64,000 nt of DNA from Bacteroidia bacterium (GTDB lineage Bacteria > Bacteroidota > Bacteroidia > Palsa-965). A program made the position numbers and the translations under genes. The stretch covers positions 284,198-348,197 of the forward strand of contig JALONL010000006.1 of assembly GCA_025454955.1 (NCBI GenBank). Direction: 5' to 3'. This document shows, in pieces, positions 29,168 to 38,669 of the stretch (position 1 is the stretch's first letter; every line of letters begins with the position of its first letter). The notes beneath the pieces were generated by a model, which was not told the origin of the DNA, ran no database searches, and was given only the letters and a program-made list of their open reading frames with translations.

Positions 29168-29291
29168 AACGCAAGACTAATCAACTTGCAAAGAATGGGA
29201 GCTTCGGCTCCTTTCTTTTTTTCAACACGTTTTAAATAAAAAGAGGCTGCCCCTTTTGAGACAGCCTCTTTTTTATGGGCGTTTCATTGGT

Positions 29292-30128
29292 TTACTGACC
29301 GGCAATGAAGTAGGCTATTTTGGAATTGGTAATGTTTAACGGGTTTACAATCATTACCGGTATTTCGGCTTCGTTGGTAATGGCTTCGCGTTCGGCGGTG
29401 CCGCTGAGCAGTTCGTGAACGCCGCGCTCCTGTGTGTTTACCACGGCAATAAGATCTGCATCTACAGAGGTGGCAAACTGAAGCATTTGTTTTACAAAGT
29501 TTCCGCTTTCGGTGGCGGCGTGTACTTCGCAGTCTATTTTATTCTTTTTGAGTTCGGCGTGTGCGTAGTTTGTATTGCGTTCGATGGCATTTTTCACAAA
29601 CTGATCGGATTCGTGCTGTGAGAAAATGTACACTTTGGAGCCGAAGTACTGGGCCATTTTGATGGTCAGGTTGAGGTTATGTTTCGACTCTTTGGTAAGG
29701 TCCATGGGGAGTACAATTTTTCCATAGCCGTTTCGCGGGGCGCGTTCCTGCACCACCACAAATGGGGTGTTGGAGTTGGTAATTACTTTCACGGCATAGC
29801 TTCCCAGTATGTGCTGCACGCCTTTTACGCCGTGTGTGCCCATGAAAATAAGTTTGGCGCCAAGCGTTTCGGCCACACCGCCGATATCGTCGAAAATATT
29901 TCCTTCGCGGGTTACCGTGGTTACGGCAATTCCGGTGCGTTCGGTTGCTTTCTTTGCCAGAATATCTAATTTCTCCTGCGCTTTTGCACGGTCTTTTTCT
30001 TTGAGAATAACATGGAGCAGCACTACCGAGCCGTTTACGGTTTTTGCCACCGAAAGGGCATGTTCAAGCGCACAGTCTGCAACGGGAGTAAAATCGGTGG
30101 GTACCAGAAAGATATTGGAAGAAGACAT
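29292..30128 (-). CDS. Universal stress protein, tandem UspA domains
   Basis: A 278-aa ORF with two USP modules (…VVLLHVI…, …GTHGVKGVQHILGSYAVKVI…, …LIAVVNTQERGVHELLSGTAEREAI…). Confidence 0.8.
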   Translation of the reverse strand: MSSSNIFLVPTDFTPVADCALEHALSVAKTVNGSVVLLHVILKEKDRAKAQEKLDILAKKATERTGIAVTTVTREGNIFDDIGGVAETLGAKLIFMGTHGVKGVQHILGSYAVKVITNSNTPFVVVQERAPRNGYGKIVLPMDLTKESKHNLNLTIKMAQYFGSKVYIFSQHESDQFVKNAIERNTNYAHAELKKNKIDCEVHAATESGNFVKQMLQFATSVDADLIAVVNTQERGVHELLSGTAEREAITNEAEIPVMIVNPLNITNSKIAYFIAGQ

Positions 30129-30217
30129 AAAGTGTGGTGTTTGGACGTGTACAAAAATAGAATTTTCGGCGAATCGGTTGCCGTTATACTATCAAATCAC
30201 TTACTGCGGCCATATTC

Positions 30218-31486
30218 CTAAATACTCCGGTTACCGGCAAGTATGGTTTCCTTGTAGGTTTTGATAAACGATTTTATGCTGCCAATATCCCACTCTGTAT
30301 TAAGATCAAACCCAACCTGATCGAGTGTATCCACATAAGTTAAAAGCGTATTACGCGGCGTGTTCATTTCATCGAAAAGTGCATCGTCTGATGCTTTTTG
30401 AAGTTTCAGAAGCGATTTTAAAGCGGTATCAAGGCATAAAGCGAGTGCTGATTTTTTGATGGTCACAAATGTTTCGGGGCGGATATTTCCCAAAATGCTG
30501 TTTTCAATTTTCCATCCGAGCAGGTGTGCATCTTTTTCTATTTCCAAACTGCGGTAAGCGGAAACAATTCCTTCCATAATTTCAAATGGCTTGTATATTT
30601 TTTTCGGATTCAGCGCATCGGTACAGGTTTTAATTGAATCATCAGCATCCTTCATGGTTTTTGATGCCCCTGCGGTAGAGTTTAATTTTGTTTTCAGATC
30701 TTTGGCAAGCGCCCGTAAGTGTTTGGAGATGGGATCGAGTGAGGCAATGAGCATCTTTTCGGCTTCGGCGGCTATCATACCTAATTTTACTACATCTTTC
30801 TGAGCCGCATCACCTTTGTGCCTGCTGTCGTACCATTTACAAGCCTGCTGATCGTTGCCCGAATCGGCTGTTACTCCGGCTTTGACTTCGAGAAATAATG
30901 CATCCGGTATTCCCAAATCATGTGTAATGCTGGCTTGTGATTTATTTTTTGCCACAGCCCACCTTACCGAACGCACCAACTGTTCGGCATGACGCAATTC
31001 GTGAAAAACAGCGCCCATAATCAGAGCCGAGTTTTCGCTGTTTACGCTTTCGGTTGGTGTAGAGGCACCTACAATAAGCTCCCAGGTACTCCAATCGAGT
31101 GCCCCGTCGCCGGCAACAATTTCGGGATCGATGGCTATTTTTGGGGGCGTTACTTTTAATTGTTGAAAAAACGTCCCCGCAAAATCTATTACTGCTTTAG
31201 TGGCAATTTCCGCATAGACGGGGCAAAGCAAAAGGTTGGCTCCAATTTTCCCGGCCATTTTTACATAAGGTGTAAACACATCTGGATTATCAAGGCTTAC
31301 CGCACGCTGCACAACTCGCTGTGCACCTGGCATTGCAGATGGCGTGAGCCGGTTTTCGGGTTGCCCGGATAGCATGATGGCACCCGACACCAGCACCGGT
31401 GCCGGAAAAGACAACGCCTGCTTACCTGATTCACCGGCGGCAGGTTGTGACTGATTTACCCTGTTGGCTTGCTCATGCATCGGCAT
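30218..31486 (-). CDS. Hypothetical protein (422 aa) with HExxH zincin-like motif (FHELRHAEQ) and a disordered N-terminus; no signal peptide
   Basis: Long ORF. A single HELRH..Q motif sits at about residue 165. The first ~60 aa are low-complexity and proline-rich (MPMHEQANRVNQSQPAAGESGKQALSFPAP...). Confidence 0.45.
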   Translation of the reverse strand: MPMHEQANRVNQSQPAAGESGKQALSFPAPVLVSGAIMLSGQPENRLTPSAMPGAQRVVQRAVSLDNPDVFTPYVKMAGKIGANLLLCPVYAEIATKAVIDFAGTFFQQLKVTPPKIAIDPEIVAGDGALDWSTWELIVGASTPTESVNSENSALIMGAVFHELRHAEQLVRSVRWAVAKNKSQASITHDLGIPDALFLEVKAGVTADSGNDQQACKWYDSRHKGDAAQKDVVKLGMIAAEAEKMLIASLDPISKHLRALAKDLKTKLNSTAGASKTMKDADDSIKTCTDALNPKKIYKPFEIMEGIVSAYRSLEIEKDAHLLGWKIENSILGNIRPETFVTIKKSALALCLDTALKSLLKLQKASDDALFDEMNTPRNTLLTYVDTLDQVGFDLNTEWDIGSIKSFIKTYKETILAGNRSI

Positions 31487-31633
31487 TCGGTTAAAACTTC
31501 GATTACTGATCTTCGGGTTATCAGGTATATCAAATATAGGAATGTATCAGTGAAACGAGTAAGACATCGTATAATCAGGTAATATTACTCACAGGCGTAT
31601 ATACGCTACACGTAAAAACCTTTTCTTTGTGCC

Positions 31634-32284
31634 ATGCCATTACTTCTGCACAAACACTTAGGCATACAACAATTAGGAATCTGGGAAACAAAAGAGCCGG
31701 AATCGGAATTGCTGGAACAATGGCCTGACATTGAAGCAGGAAAAATCATTCCCGATACCCTCACCCATCCTCATCGCCGCGCACAGTGGCTGGCTTCGCG
31801 TGTGTTGCTTCATCATATTCATCCCAACGAAAAGGTAATTTATGATGCCCACGGCAAACCCTGGCTGTCGGTGACCGGAAGGCATATTTCGTTTTCGCAT
31901 ACGGGCAATTTCATTGCCCTGCTCAGCAGCCCCGAAGCCTGCGGCGTGGATATTGAAATGATAAGTCCGAAAATAGAACGCATTGCCCGCAAGTTTCTCA
32001 AACCAGCCGAACTGGATGCCGCACTGGCCGGCGTAAACCCCGAAACGCTGTATGTGTATTGGTGCGCCAAAGAGGCGTTGTACAAAGTACACGGACAAAA
32101 AGGCGTTTCGCTGAAAGACAATATTACCGTTTCGCCTTTTACGTATCTCGAAAACGGCGGCACACTGACGGCCGTTTTGAGCCACGAAAACATTACTTTT
32201 GAAAAAACAATCCGGTATATACGTCATAATACGTATATGATGGCCTACACCATGCCCGCCGCTGAATGCGACACGAACTCCTGA
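31634..32284 (+). CDS. 4'-phosphopantetheinyl transferase (Sfp/EntD type)
   Basis: A 216-aa ORF with GKPWL...ISFSHTGNF (the 'GKP' and 'FN.SHS' motifs), GVDIE and W.AKEALYK motifs. Confidence 0.8.
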   Translation: MPLLLHKHLGIQQLGIWETKEPESELLEQWPDIEAGKIIPDTLTHPHRRAQWLASRVLLHHIHPNEKVIYDAHGKPWLSVTGRHISFSHTGNFIALLSSPEACGVDIEMISPKIERIARKFLKPAELDAALAGVNPETLYVYWCAKEALYKVHGQKGVSLKDNITVSPFTYLENGGTLTAVLSHENITFEKTIRYIRHNTYMMAYTMPAAECDTNS

Positions 32285-33012
32285 ACCTGCTTCACGCCCG
32301 CAAGGCTGCCGGAAAGAAAAGTCTGGCCGTGTTGATTGACCCCGACAAAACCCGCGCCCTGCCCGAATTGCTTGCCCAGGCCACAGAAGCTGAGGTGGAT
32401 TTGTTTCTGGTAGGCGGCAGTCTTTTGCATACTTCGGCGGTGGATGAGTGCATTGCCACCATAAAAGCGGCAAGCCATGTTCCGGTAGTGCTGTTTCCCG
32501 GCAATGCCCTTCAGCTAAGCACACGGGCCGATGCCCTGCTGCTGCTCTCGGTTATTTCGGGGCGCAATGCCGAACTGCTCATTGGCAAGCATGTGGCGGC
32601 GGCTCCGCAAATAAAAAGCAGCGGACTCGAAATACTTTCTACCGGCTACATGCTGGTAGAAACCGGCCGCCCTACCACGGTGCATTACATGAGCCAGACC
32701 ATTCCGCTGCCCGCCCACAAGCCCGACATAGCAGCCTGCACGGCACTGGCCGGCGAACAGCTTGGCCTCTCGCTGCTTTACCTCGAAGCCGGAAGCGGTG
32801 CCGATGCTCCCGTGCCTGCCGAAATGATTAAAGCCGTGCGCGCAGTTACCACAATTCCGCTGCTGGCCGGGGGCGGAATAAAAACACCCGAACAGGCCGC
32901 CACCGCCTGCGCAGCCGGTGCCGACGTAATTGTGGTGGGAAATATTCTCGAAGATTCACCATTTTTACTGCAATCCATTTCAGCATCCGTTCATGCCTCT
33001 CCCTGCACATGA
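32266..33012 (+). CDS. Geranylgeranylglyceryl/heptaprenylglyceryl phosphate synthase family (PcrB/GGGPS-like TIM barrel)
   Basis: A 248-aa ORF with ...VDLFLVGGS..., ...LLYLEAGSGA..., ...IPLLAGGGIKTPEQAA..., ...GADVIVVGN.... It overlaps the upstream gene by 19 nt. Confidence 0.7.
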   Translation: MRHELLNLLHARKAAGKKSLAVLIDPDKTRALPELLAQATEAEVDLFLVGGSLLHTSAVDECIATIKAASHVPVVLFPGNALQLSTRADALLLLSVISGRNAELLIGKHVAAAPQIKSSGLEILSTGYMLVETGRPTTVHYMSQTIPLPAHKPDIAACTALAGEQLGLSLLYLEAGSGADAPVPAEMIKAVRAVTTIPLLAGGGIKTPEQAATACAAGADVIVVGNILEDSPFLLQSISASVHASPCT

Positions 33013-33638
33013 ATCTGATTCTTATTACCAATCCTGAAAACATCAGTCAGGAACCACAGGTGGTGACTGCACTTTTCGAGCACGGGCTCGAACGGCTGCA
33101 CCTGCGCAAACCCGGCATGAGCACGGTAGAAATGCGCAAGTACTTAGATGCCATTCCAAAACATTTTCACAAGCACATAATCATTCACAGCCATCACCGG
33201 CTGGCACTTTCATACGGCGTGGGCGGCATCCATTTAACCCGCGTACACCGCCGCCGCAAACTCAGCAACTGGATACGCCTGCGCTGGATCAAATCGCGCC
33301 GGAGCCAGCTTATTGTTACGGCAAGCTATCATAAACTCAATCATATTTACACCGATAAAGGCCGCTACAATTACGTACTGCTTGGGCCGATATTTGAGCG
33401 GCAGGCCGGTAAGTTTGGCAACGGTTTCAATGCCGTGAGTTTGCAAACCGCGCTCAAAAAAAATGCCGTAAAAGTGGTTGCCCGCGGCGGAGTTTCGCCC
33501 GAAAATATGTCGCAGATATTACAGCTTGGCTTTGCGGGTATGGCTTTTCAGCATCTTATCTGGAAAGCTGCCGACCCTGTGAAAGAATTTCTGCATCTTG
33601 CAGAACTGCTTCGCCAGTGTGAAGCAGAAAACCAATGA
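33009..33638 (+). CDS. Thiamine-phosphate synthase-like (ThiE/TenI family) protein
   Basis: A 209-aa ORF with a TMP-TENI-like pattern (…LHLRKPG…, …GIHLT…, …YVLLGPIFE…, …VVARGGVSPENM…). Whether it is catalytic ThiE or a TenI-like protein cannot be decided by eye. Confidence 0.5.
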   Translation: MNLILITNPENISQEPQVVTALFEHGLERLHLRKPGMSTVEMRKYLDAIPKHFHKHIIIHSHHRLALSYGVGGIHLTRVHRRRKLSNWIRLRWIKSRRSQLIVTASYHKLNHIYTDKGRYNYVLLGPIFERQAGKFGNGFNAVSLQTALKKNAVKVVARGGVSPENMSQILQLGFAGMAFQHLIWKAADPVKEFLHLAELLRQCEAENQ

Positions 33639-34258
33639 ACAGCAGCGCCAGCGAGTTTCTTACGGAATTACTGCACGCCCTCAAAGCCACCGGCCTCATC
33701 GAATGGCTGGCGGTGATAAGCGGTACGGTGTACGTTATTCTGGCGGCGCTGCAAAATCCATTGTGCTGGCCTGCGGGCATTATCAGTTCGGCGTTGTATG
33801 TGGGTATTAATTTTCACATTGGCTTAAACCTCGATGCATTGCTGCAAGTGTATTACTGCGGCGTGGGTGTGTATGGCTGGTGGCTGTGGATGCAGAAAAG
33901 CAGCGATAAGCAGCAAACGCTACACATAAGCCGGATGCCCGGAAAATACTGGCGCCTGCTGGCCGCCTTGTGCATTCCGGCGGCGGTGCTGTTTGGGTAT
34001 TTGCAGCATCGTTTTACCTCCTCGCCTGCCCCGTATGCCGATGCCGCATTAACCGTGGTTAGTTTTGCGGCCACCTGGATGACCGCCCGTAAATTTCTCG
34101 AAAACTGGCTCATCTGGATTGCGGCCGACTGCTGTTACATTATTTTATATGCACAGCGGGGCTATCCGCTTACTTCGGTATTGTATCTGATTTTTACCTT
34201 TACGGCTGTAACCGGCTTTCTTTTATGGCGCAAACAAATCCACACATCAAACGCGTAG
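33635..34258 (+). CDS. pnuC: PnuC-family nicotinamide riboside (or thiamine, PnuT) transporter
   Basis: A 207-aa multi-TM ORF with WL.V.SG..YV.LAA..N..CWP.GII and YYCGVGVYGWWLW motifs typical of PnuC. Confidence 0.7.
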   Translation: MNSSASEFLTELLHALKATGLIEWLAVISGTVYVILAALQNPLCWPAGIISSALYVGINFHIGLNLDALLQVYYCGVGVYGWWLWMQKSSDKQQTLHISRMPGKYWRLLAALCIPAAVLFGYLQHRFTSSPAPYADAALTVVSFAATWMTARKFLENWLIWIAADCCYIILYAQRGYPLTSVLYLIFTFTAVTGFLLWRKQIHTSNA

Positions 34259-34767
34259 CCCTGCTGGGTGCCGAAAGCACGGGGAAAACCACGCTTGCGC
34301 GGGCACTTGCGCTGCGTTTTAATACGGTATGGGTGCCCGAATACGCACGCGAGTATATGTCGCTGCATCCCGGCGAATATACGGCCGACGATGTGGAAGA
34401 CATTGCCCGCGAACAGTTACGCAACGAAGATGAACTGGCTGTGAGGGCACGCGGACTGCTCATTACCGATACCGAATTTATTACCTCGGCCGTGTGGTGC
34501 GAAGATGTGTTTGGCTATTGCCCGAAATGGATTTCAGAAAAAATTACCGAACACCGCTACGACCTCTATCTGCTTACGAGCAACGACCTTGCGTGGGTGC
34601 CCGATCCGGTGCGTGTAAACTCGCAGCGCCGCGATTACTTTTACAACTGGTACAAACGCCTGCTGGAGCAAAACAATCTTCCACACGAAATAATAAAAGG
34701 CCGTTACGAGGCACGTTTGATGTGTGCCATTACCGCTATCCGCAAACATTTCGGGCCGCTTATTTAG
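34225..34767 (+). CDS. NadR-type AAA-domain ATPase (ribosylnicotinamide kinase-like)
   Basis: A 180-aa ORF with Walker A GAESTGKTTLARALA and the following VPEYAREY motif typical of the NadR C-terminal kinase domain. It overlaps the pnuC stop. Confidence 0.65.
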   Translation: MAQTNPHIKRVALLGAESTGKTTLARALALRFNTVWVPEYAREYMSLHPGEYTADDVEDIAREQLRNEDELAVRARGLLITDTEFITSAVWCEDVFGYCPKWISEKITEHRYDLYLLTSNDLAWVPDPVRVNSQRRDYFYNWYKRLLEQNNLPHEIIKGRYEARLMCAITAIRKHFGPLI

Positions 34768-35365
34768 TCAGCAGCAATTGTAAGTGACTGCGCACACGGC
34801 TGTGCCATTCCTCTTTAAGAATACTCAGCACAATACTGTCGCGCCGGGGGCCTTCGGGCATGGGAAGATTGCTTCGGAGAATGCCTTCGACTGTGCAGCC
34901 GATTTTTTTCATGGCCTCAATGCTTCGCTCGTTTCGTGCATCGGCCCTGAATTCCACACGTTCAAAACCACATTGTTCAAACGCAAATTGAAGCAGCAGA
35001 AATTTACAGTGGCGGTTTAAACCGGTTTGCTGAAAGGCTTTACCGTACCAGGTGTAACCCAACTGCAACGTAGCATACGAAAGCTGTATATCATAAAAAC
35101 GTGTGCTGCCCGCATACTGCCCGTTTCGTTTGTCGAAGACCACAAACGGATATTCCTTTTGCAGTTCGCGTGCCTGTAGGGTTTGTGAAACATACTCCTG
35201 CAAATCGTCGGCCGAGACAATGCGCATGAGCGAGTATTTCCAGATGTCGGGATCCTGTGCGGGAAAATGCCGGAGATGTGCCACATCAGTAAGTTGAAGC
35301 GGGCGAAGTAATGCTACTTCATCTTCAAGCACATAATTTTCGGTGGTCGAAAAATTCACCTGCAT
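34760..35365 (-). CDS. GNAT-family N-acetyltransferase (RimJ/RimL-like)
   Basis: A 201-aa ORF with an acetyl-CoA-binding-like segment (…ARNERSIEAMKKIGCTVEGILR…). Confidence 0.65.
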   Translation of the reverse strand: MQVNFSTTENYVLEDEVALLRPLQLTDVAHLRHFPAQDPDIWKYSLMRIVSADDLQEYVSQTLQARELQKEYPFVVFDKRNGQYAGSTRFYDIQLSYATLQLGYTWYGKAFQQTGLNRHCKFLLLQFAFEQCGFERVEFRADARNERSIEAMKKIGCTVEGILRSNLPMPEGPRRDSIVLSILKEEWHSRVRSHLQLLLTK

Positions 35366-35449
35366 AAAATTTGTATCAGAATGCGCAGCGAAGATAGAAA
35401 GAATGAGCCGCCTGAATTCTTAAACAACTTCAATGCACGTTAAGAAATG

Positions 35450-36325
35450 TTACAAATCGCTTACCCGCCTCACGGTGCTTATTTTACGGTAAATGCGCGC
35501 CGAGGCATTTACCGGTTCGAAAAGCAGTTTAAACGCTTCGGGAGTAATATCGTAGTAACCGATAATCAGGTAACCGCCATCGCGAAGCGCGCTGTGAAAT
35601 TTCTTAATCACTTTCATCTTCAGATTTTCATCAAAATAAATCATCACATTCCGGCAAAAGATGATATCACAAGGACCGATAGGTTCTTCGTGAACAAGGT
35701 TGTGACGTAAAAAAGTAATTCGCTTTTTCAATGCATCGGTAATGGTGAAATGCTTTTCTTCGCGCACAAAGAAATTGGGCATTTGCACGGCCGCCATCGG
35801 ATCGTATTTCAGAAAGTTGATCCTGTAACGCTCCCAAAGCATATTGTTGTACACTGCTTCTTTGGCTTCTACAAGTGCCTGCGACGATAAATCGGTGGCA
35901 ATAAGCGAGGTTTTATCCTGCATATTTTTCTGGCGCAGCACAATGGCCATCGAATATACTTCTTCGCCGGTAGAGCAGCCTGCGTGCCAGATTTTGAGCG
36001 ATTCTTTTTTTTCAAACACCGGCAGCACTTCATTTCTCACCGCCTGCCAGGCATCGGGATTTCTGAAAAGCTCGGTGAGGTTTACCATCAGTTCATCCAC
36101 ATACTTAATAATCACCGATCGATCCTGAAGCATTTTGGCCCACACTTCCATGAGGTTGCCAAAGCCATACCGGGTCATTAAACGACCCAGTCCGCGCCGC
36201 AGCGATTTGCGTTCGTAATCGGTAAAGTCGAGTCCGAAGCGCGCGTTTACGGCCGTTACAAAGGCATTCAGCTCTTCGTCGGTAAAATCAACCTGCCTGT
36301 CTGTGTCTCCGGAAATCAGCATCAT
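35450..36325 (-). CDS. cheR: Chemotaxis protein methyltransferase CheR
   Basis: A 291-aa ORF. TELFRNPDAW...LKIWHAGCSTGEEVYSMAIVL... is the CheR SAM-binding signature. Confidence 0.85.
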   Translation of the reverse strand: MMLISGDTDRQVDFTDEELNAFVTAVNARFGLDFTDYERKSLRRGLGRLMTRYGFGNLMEVWAKMLQDRSVIIKYVDELMVNLTELFRNPDAWQAVRNEVLPVFEKKESLKIWHAGCSTGEEVYSMAIVLRQKNMQDKTSLIATDLSSQALVEAKEAVYNNMLWERYRINFLKYDPMAAVQMPNFFVREEKHFTITDALKKRITFLRHNLVHEEPIGPCDIIFCRNVMIYFDENLKMKVIKKFHSALRDGGYLIIGYYDITPEAFKLLFEPVNASARIYRKISTVRRVSDL

Positions 36326-36927
36326 CCGGCAGTTTGAACGGTTTGATTGACATTGCGGATGAGTTCCACAAACTGCTGATCGAAGAACCAGATGAATTCG
36401 GGAGTAAAATTCATCTCCTGGGTGATGAAGCTTGATTTAAAATTAATGGCGAATGTGTCGCGGTAAATCTGATTTCGTAAAAACCCGCGCAGTGCTTCCC
36501 CGCTCATTCGCTGCAACTGAGGCACATCGCCATAAATTTTCACATTCATGCGGTTGGCAAATTCGGTAACCACCGAAGCCGAAATGATATTATCCATTTC
36601 AAGCAGAATGGCATCCTGCATTTCGGCATTTCCGGCCAGGGCTGCGGGCAGGGCGGTCTGGTACAAATGCCCGGCTTCAGAATATGAGAAAACAAGGCAG
36701 CAGGTGCCCGGCAACTCGCCTTTTACGTGCGTAATAAGCAGGCAGACATCTTCCTTGTCATTCACCGGAAAATCGTCGAGTTCGGAAGCCTGTCGTAAAC
36801 GAAAATCCGACTCATCCACACGAATTTCCTTCTTCATGATTGCACTCATCGACACGGCAGCGCGGCCAAGACCGGCACGCGCCATCTGCATGGCGAAAAG
36901 AAATTCGGGAGTAGAAAACGACATCAT
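36322..36927 (-). CDS. CheC/CheX-like chemotaxis phosphatase-domain protein (tentative)
   Basis: A 201-aa ORF inside the che operon, with a weak CheC-like E..N segment (LLEMDNIISASVVTEF). The assignment rests mainly on context. Confidence 0.4.
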   Translation of the reverse strand: MMSFSTPEFLFAMQMARAGLGRAAVSMSAIMKKEIRVDESDFRLRQASELDDFPVNDKEDVCLLITHVKGELPGTCCLVFSYSEAGHLYQTALPAALAGNAEMQDAILLEMDNIISASVVTEFANRMNVKIYGDVPQLQRMSGEALRGFLRNQIYRDTFAINFKSSFITQEMNFTPEFIWFFDQQFVELIRNVNQTVQTAG

Positions 36928-36939
36928 ATTCAGAGGCGA

Positions 36940-38652
36940 TTAATAGTGCAGTGATTCGATAAATCTTTCTTTCCACAATCCCGATAAAATTCCGGGAACA
37001 TTTAGCACAAGGCATACATCGCCCGTACCCAATATGGTGGCTCCGCTGAAAAGCGGATGATGGTTCAGCGGTTCGCTTAGCGTTTTCTCCACAATTTCTT
37101 TTTGCTGAAGCAAACGATCCACCACAAAACCCACGGTGCTGGTTGAGGAGGATACAATGATTACATCGAACTCAGTTTCTGACGAGGTTTCGAATGTATC
37201 GGCTCCCGAAGCAATTTGCCCGTTTTGTTTGCCGTAAAAAATATCCGACAAAAAGAAAAGGGCAATGGTTTTTCCGAGATAATCGGCAATGAGTCCGCTG
37301 GTAGTGCGGTGAATTTGCTGTCGGTTATATGAAATAACGGCTTCGGTATTGCTTAGTGCAATGGCAAAGGGCTGGTTGCGCACTTCAAAAATCATGGCAC
37401 CTTTTACGGCCATTGTCGAAGGCAGGATGAGTTCGAAAGTGGTGCCGCTGCCGGGCAGTGTGCGCAGGTTTATTTTTCCGCCAACCGACTCGGCAGCACG
37501 TTTTACCACGTCCATTCCCACACCGCGTCCGGCAATGGAGTTAATGGAATCGGCACTCGAAAAGCCCGGTTCGAAGATGAGGTAAATTATATCCTCGTCG
37601 CTGAGCAGTGCGGCACGTTCGGCGGTGAGCAGTCCTTTTTCAATGGCTTTGCTTCTTATTACGGGTGCGTGAATTCCTTTGCCGTCGTCGGTAACTTCAA
37701 TAATTACATTTTCTTTTTCCGAACGTGCCGCAAGTTTTACGGTTCCGGTTTCGGGTTTCAGGGCGGCCAGTCTTTCGGCGGGTGTTTCTATGCCGTGTGC
37801 GGCGGCGTTGCGGATAAGATGCACAAGCGAATCGCTGAGTATGCGCAAAATGCTGCGGTCTATTTCTATTTCGGTGCCTTCGGTAATGAGTTCGGCTTTT
37901 TTCTGTTCCACACTGGCCGCATCGCGCAGCACGCGGTGAAACTTGCTGAACAAAAATCCGATCTGCACCAGGCGCACATCCATAACTGCATACTGAAGAT
38001 CGGAAGTGATGCGCTGCAACCGTACCATTTCGCTTTGCGCATTGCCTTTGGCGGTGTTGCGGGCAATGAGCGTATCGCGCTCAATAATGAGTTCGCCGAT
38101 GATGTTGAGCAGATTATCCAGTTTGCGCACCGGCACCTGCACCATGTCTGATACCGACAACTCGTGGTTCAGCTCTTCCTCTTCACCGGCATCGGTTTGC
38201 AGCAATTCATCGGCGGTGTGTTCAGTAGCCACAGCGTTATCGTTGCCGGCTGTTTCGTTTTCGCTTTGCTGCAAGGCATTGCGCAGGGCCACTTCTAGTT
38301 TTGTTTTGATGCCTTTGTAGCGCACGGTTTCGCCTGTTCGCAGCGAAGCGATAAGCTGGCACAGTGTATCGTTGGCCCGGTACAGTGCATCAAAGAAGGC
38401 GGTATCAATGGAAATGCGTTTTTGCTTGAGCGCATTAAACACATCTTCCATTACATGGCTCAGTGCCGCAATATCGTCGAAGCCCAGCCCCATTGCATTG
38501 CCTTTGAGCGTATGCGTGATGCGGAAAATGGCATCAATGGACTGTGCATTGTTCACGTCTTTTTCGAGAAGGGTAAACAGGCGGTTCAGTTCACTGCACT
38601 GCTCTTCAGCTTCGGCCAGAAAAAGTTCGCGGTATTCGTCGTTGCGGCTCAT
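36940..38652 (-). CDS. cheA: Chemotaxis histidine kinase CheA
   Basis: A 570-aa ORF with an Hpt domain (ITHTLKGNAMGLGF), an HATPase_c domain (…HLIRNAAAHGIE…, …DDGKGI…, …GRGVGMDVV…) and a C-terminal CheW-like domain. Confidence 0.9.
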   Translation of the reverse strand: MSRNDEYRELFLAEAEEQCSELNRLFTLLEKDVNNAQSIDAIFRITHTLKGNAMGLGFDDIAALSHVMEDVFNALKQKRISIDTAFFDALYRANDTLCQLIASLRTGETVRYKGIKTKLEVALRNALQQSENETAGNDNAVATEHTADELLQTDAGEEEELNHELSVSDMVQVPVRKLDNLLNIIGELIIERDTLIARNTAKGNAQSEMVRLQRITSDLQYAVMDVRLVQIGFLFSKFHRVLRDAASVEQKKAELITEGTEIEIDRSILRILSDSLVHLIRNAAAHGIETPAERLAALKPETGTVKLAARSEKENVIIEVTDDGKGIHAPVIRSKAIEKGLLTAERAALLSDEDIIYLIFEPGFSSADSINSIAGRGVGMDVVKRAAESVGGKINLRTLPGSGTTFELILPSTMAVKGAMIFEVRNQPFAIALSNTEAVISYNRQQIHRTTSGLIADYLGKTIALFFLSDIFYGKQNGQIASGADTFETSSETEFDVIIVSSSTSTVGFVVDRLLQQKEIVEKTLSEPLNHHPLFSGATILGTGDVCLVLNVPGILSGLWKERFIESLHY

Positions 38653-38669
38653 GAAAATTTATTGACCTG

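Larger units (their letters stand above)
27511..29275 (-). mobile_element. IS1182-family insertion sequence (about 1.77 kb) bounded by 23-bp perfect terminal inverted repeats
   Basis: AAAAAAGAGGCTGTCTCAAAAGG at 27511-27533 and its exact reverse complement at 29253-29275 flank a single 518-aa DDE transposase gene. The size is typical of IS1182-family elements. Confidence 0.7.

Noticed and set aside
31673-32524. 283-aa minus-strand ORF overlapping the PPTase and GGGPS-like genes
   Set aside because: Both plus-strand genes have recognisable family motifs; the antisense frame is arginine/cysteine-rich with no motif.
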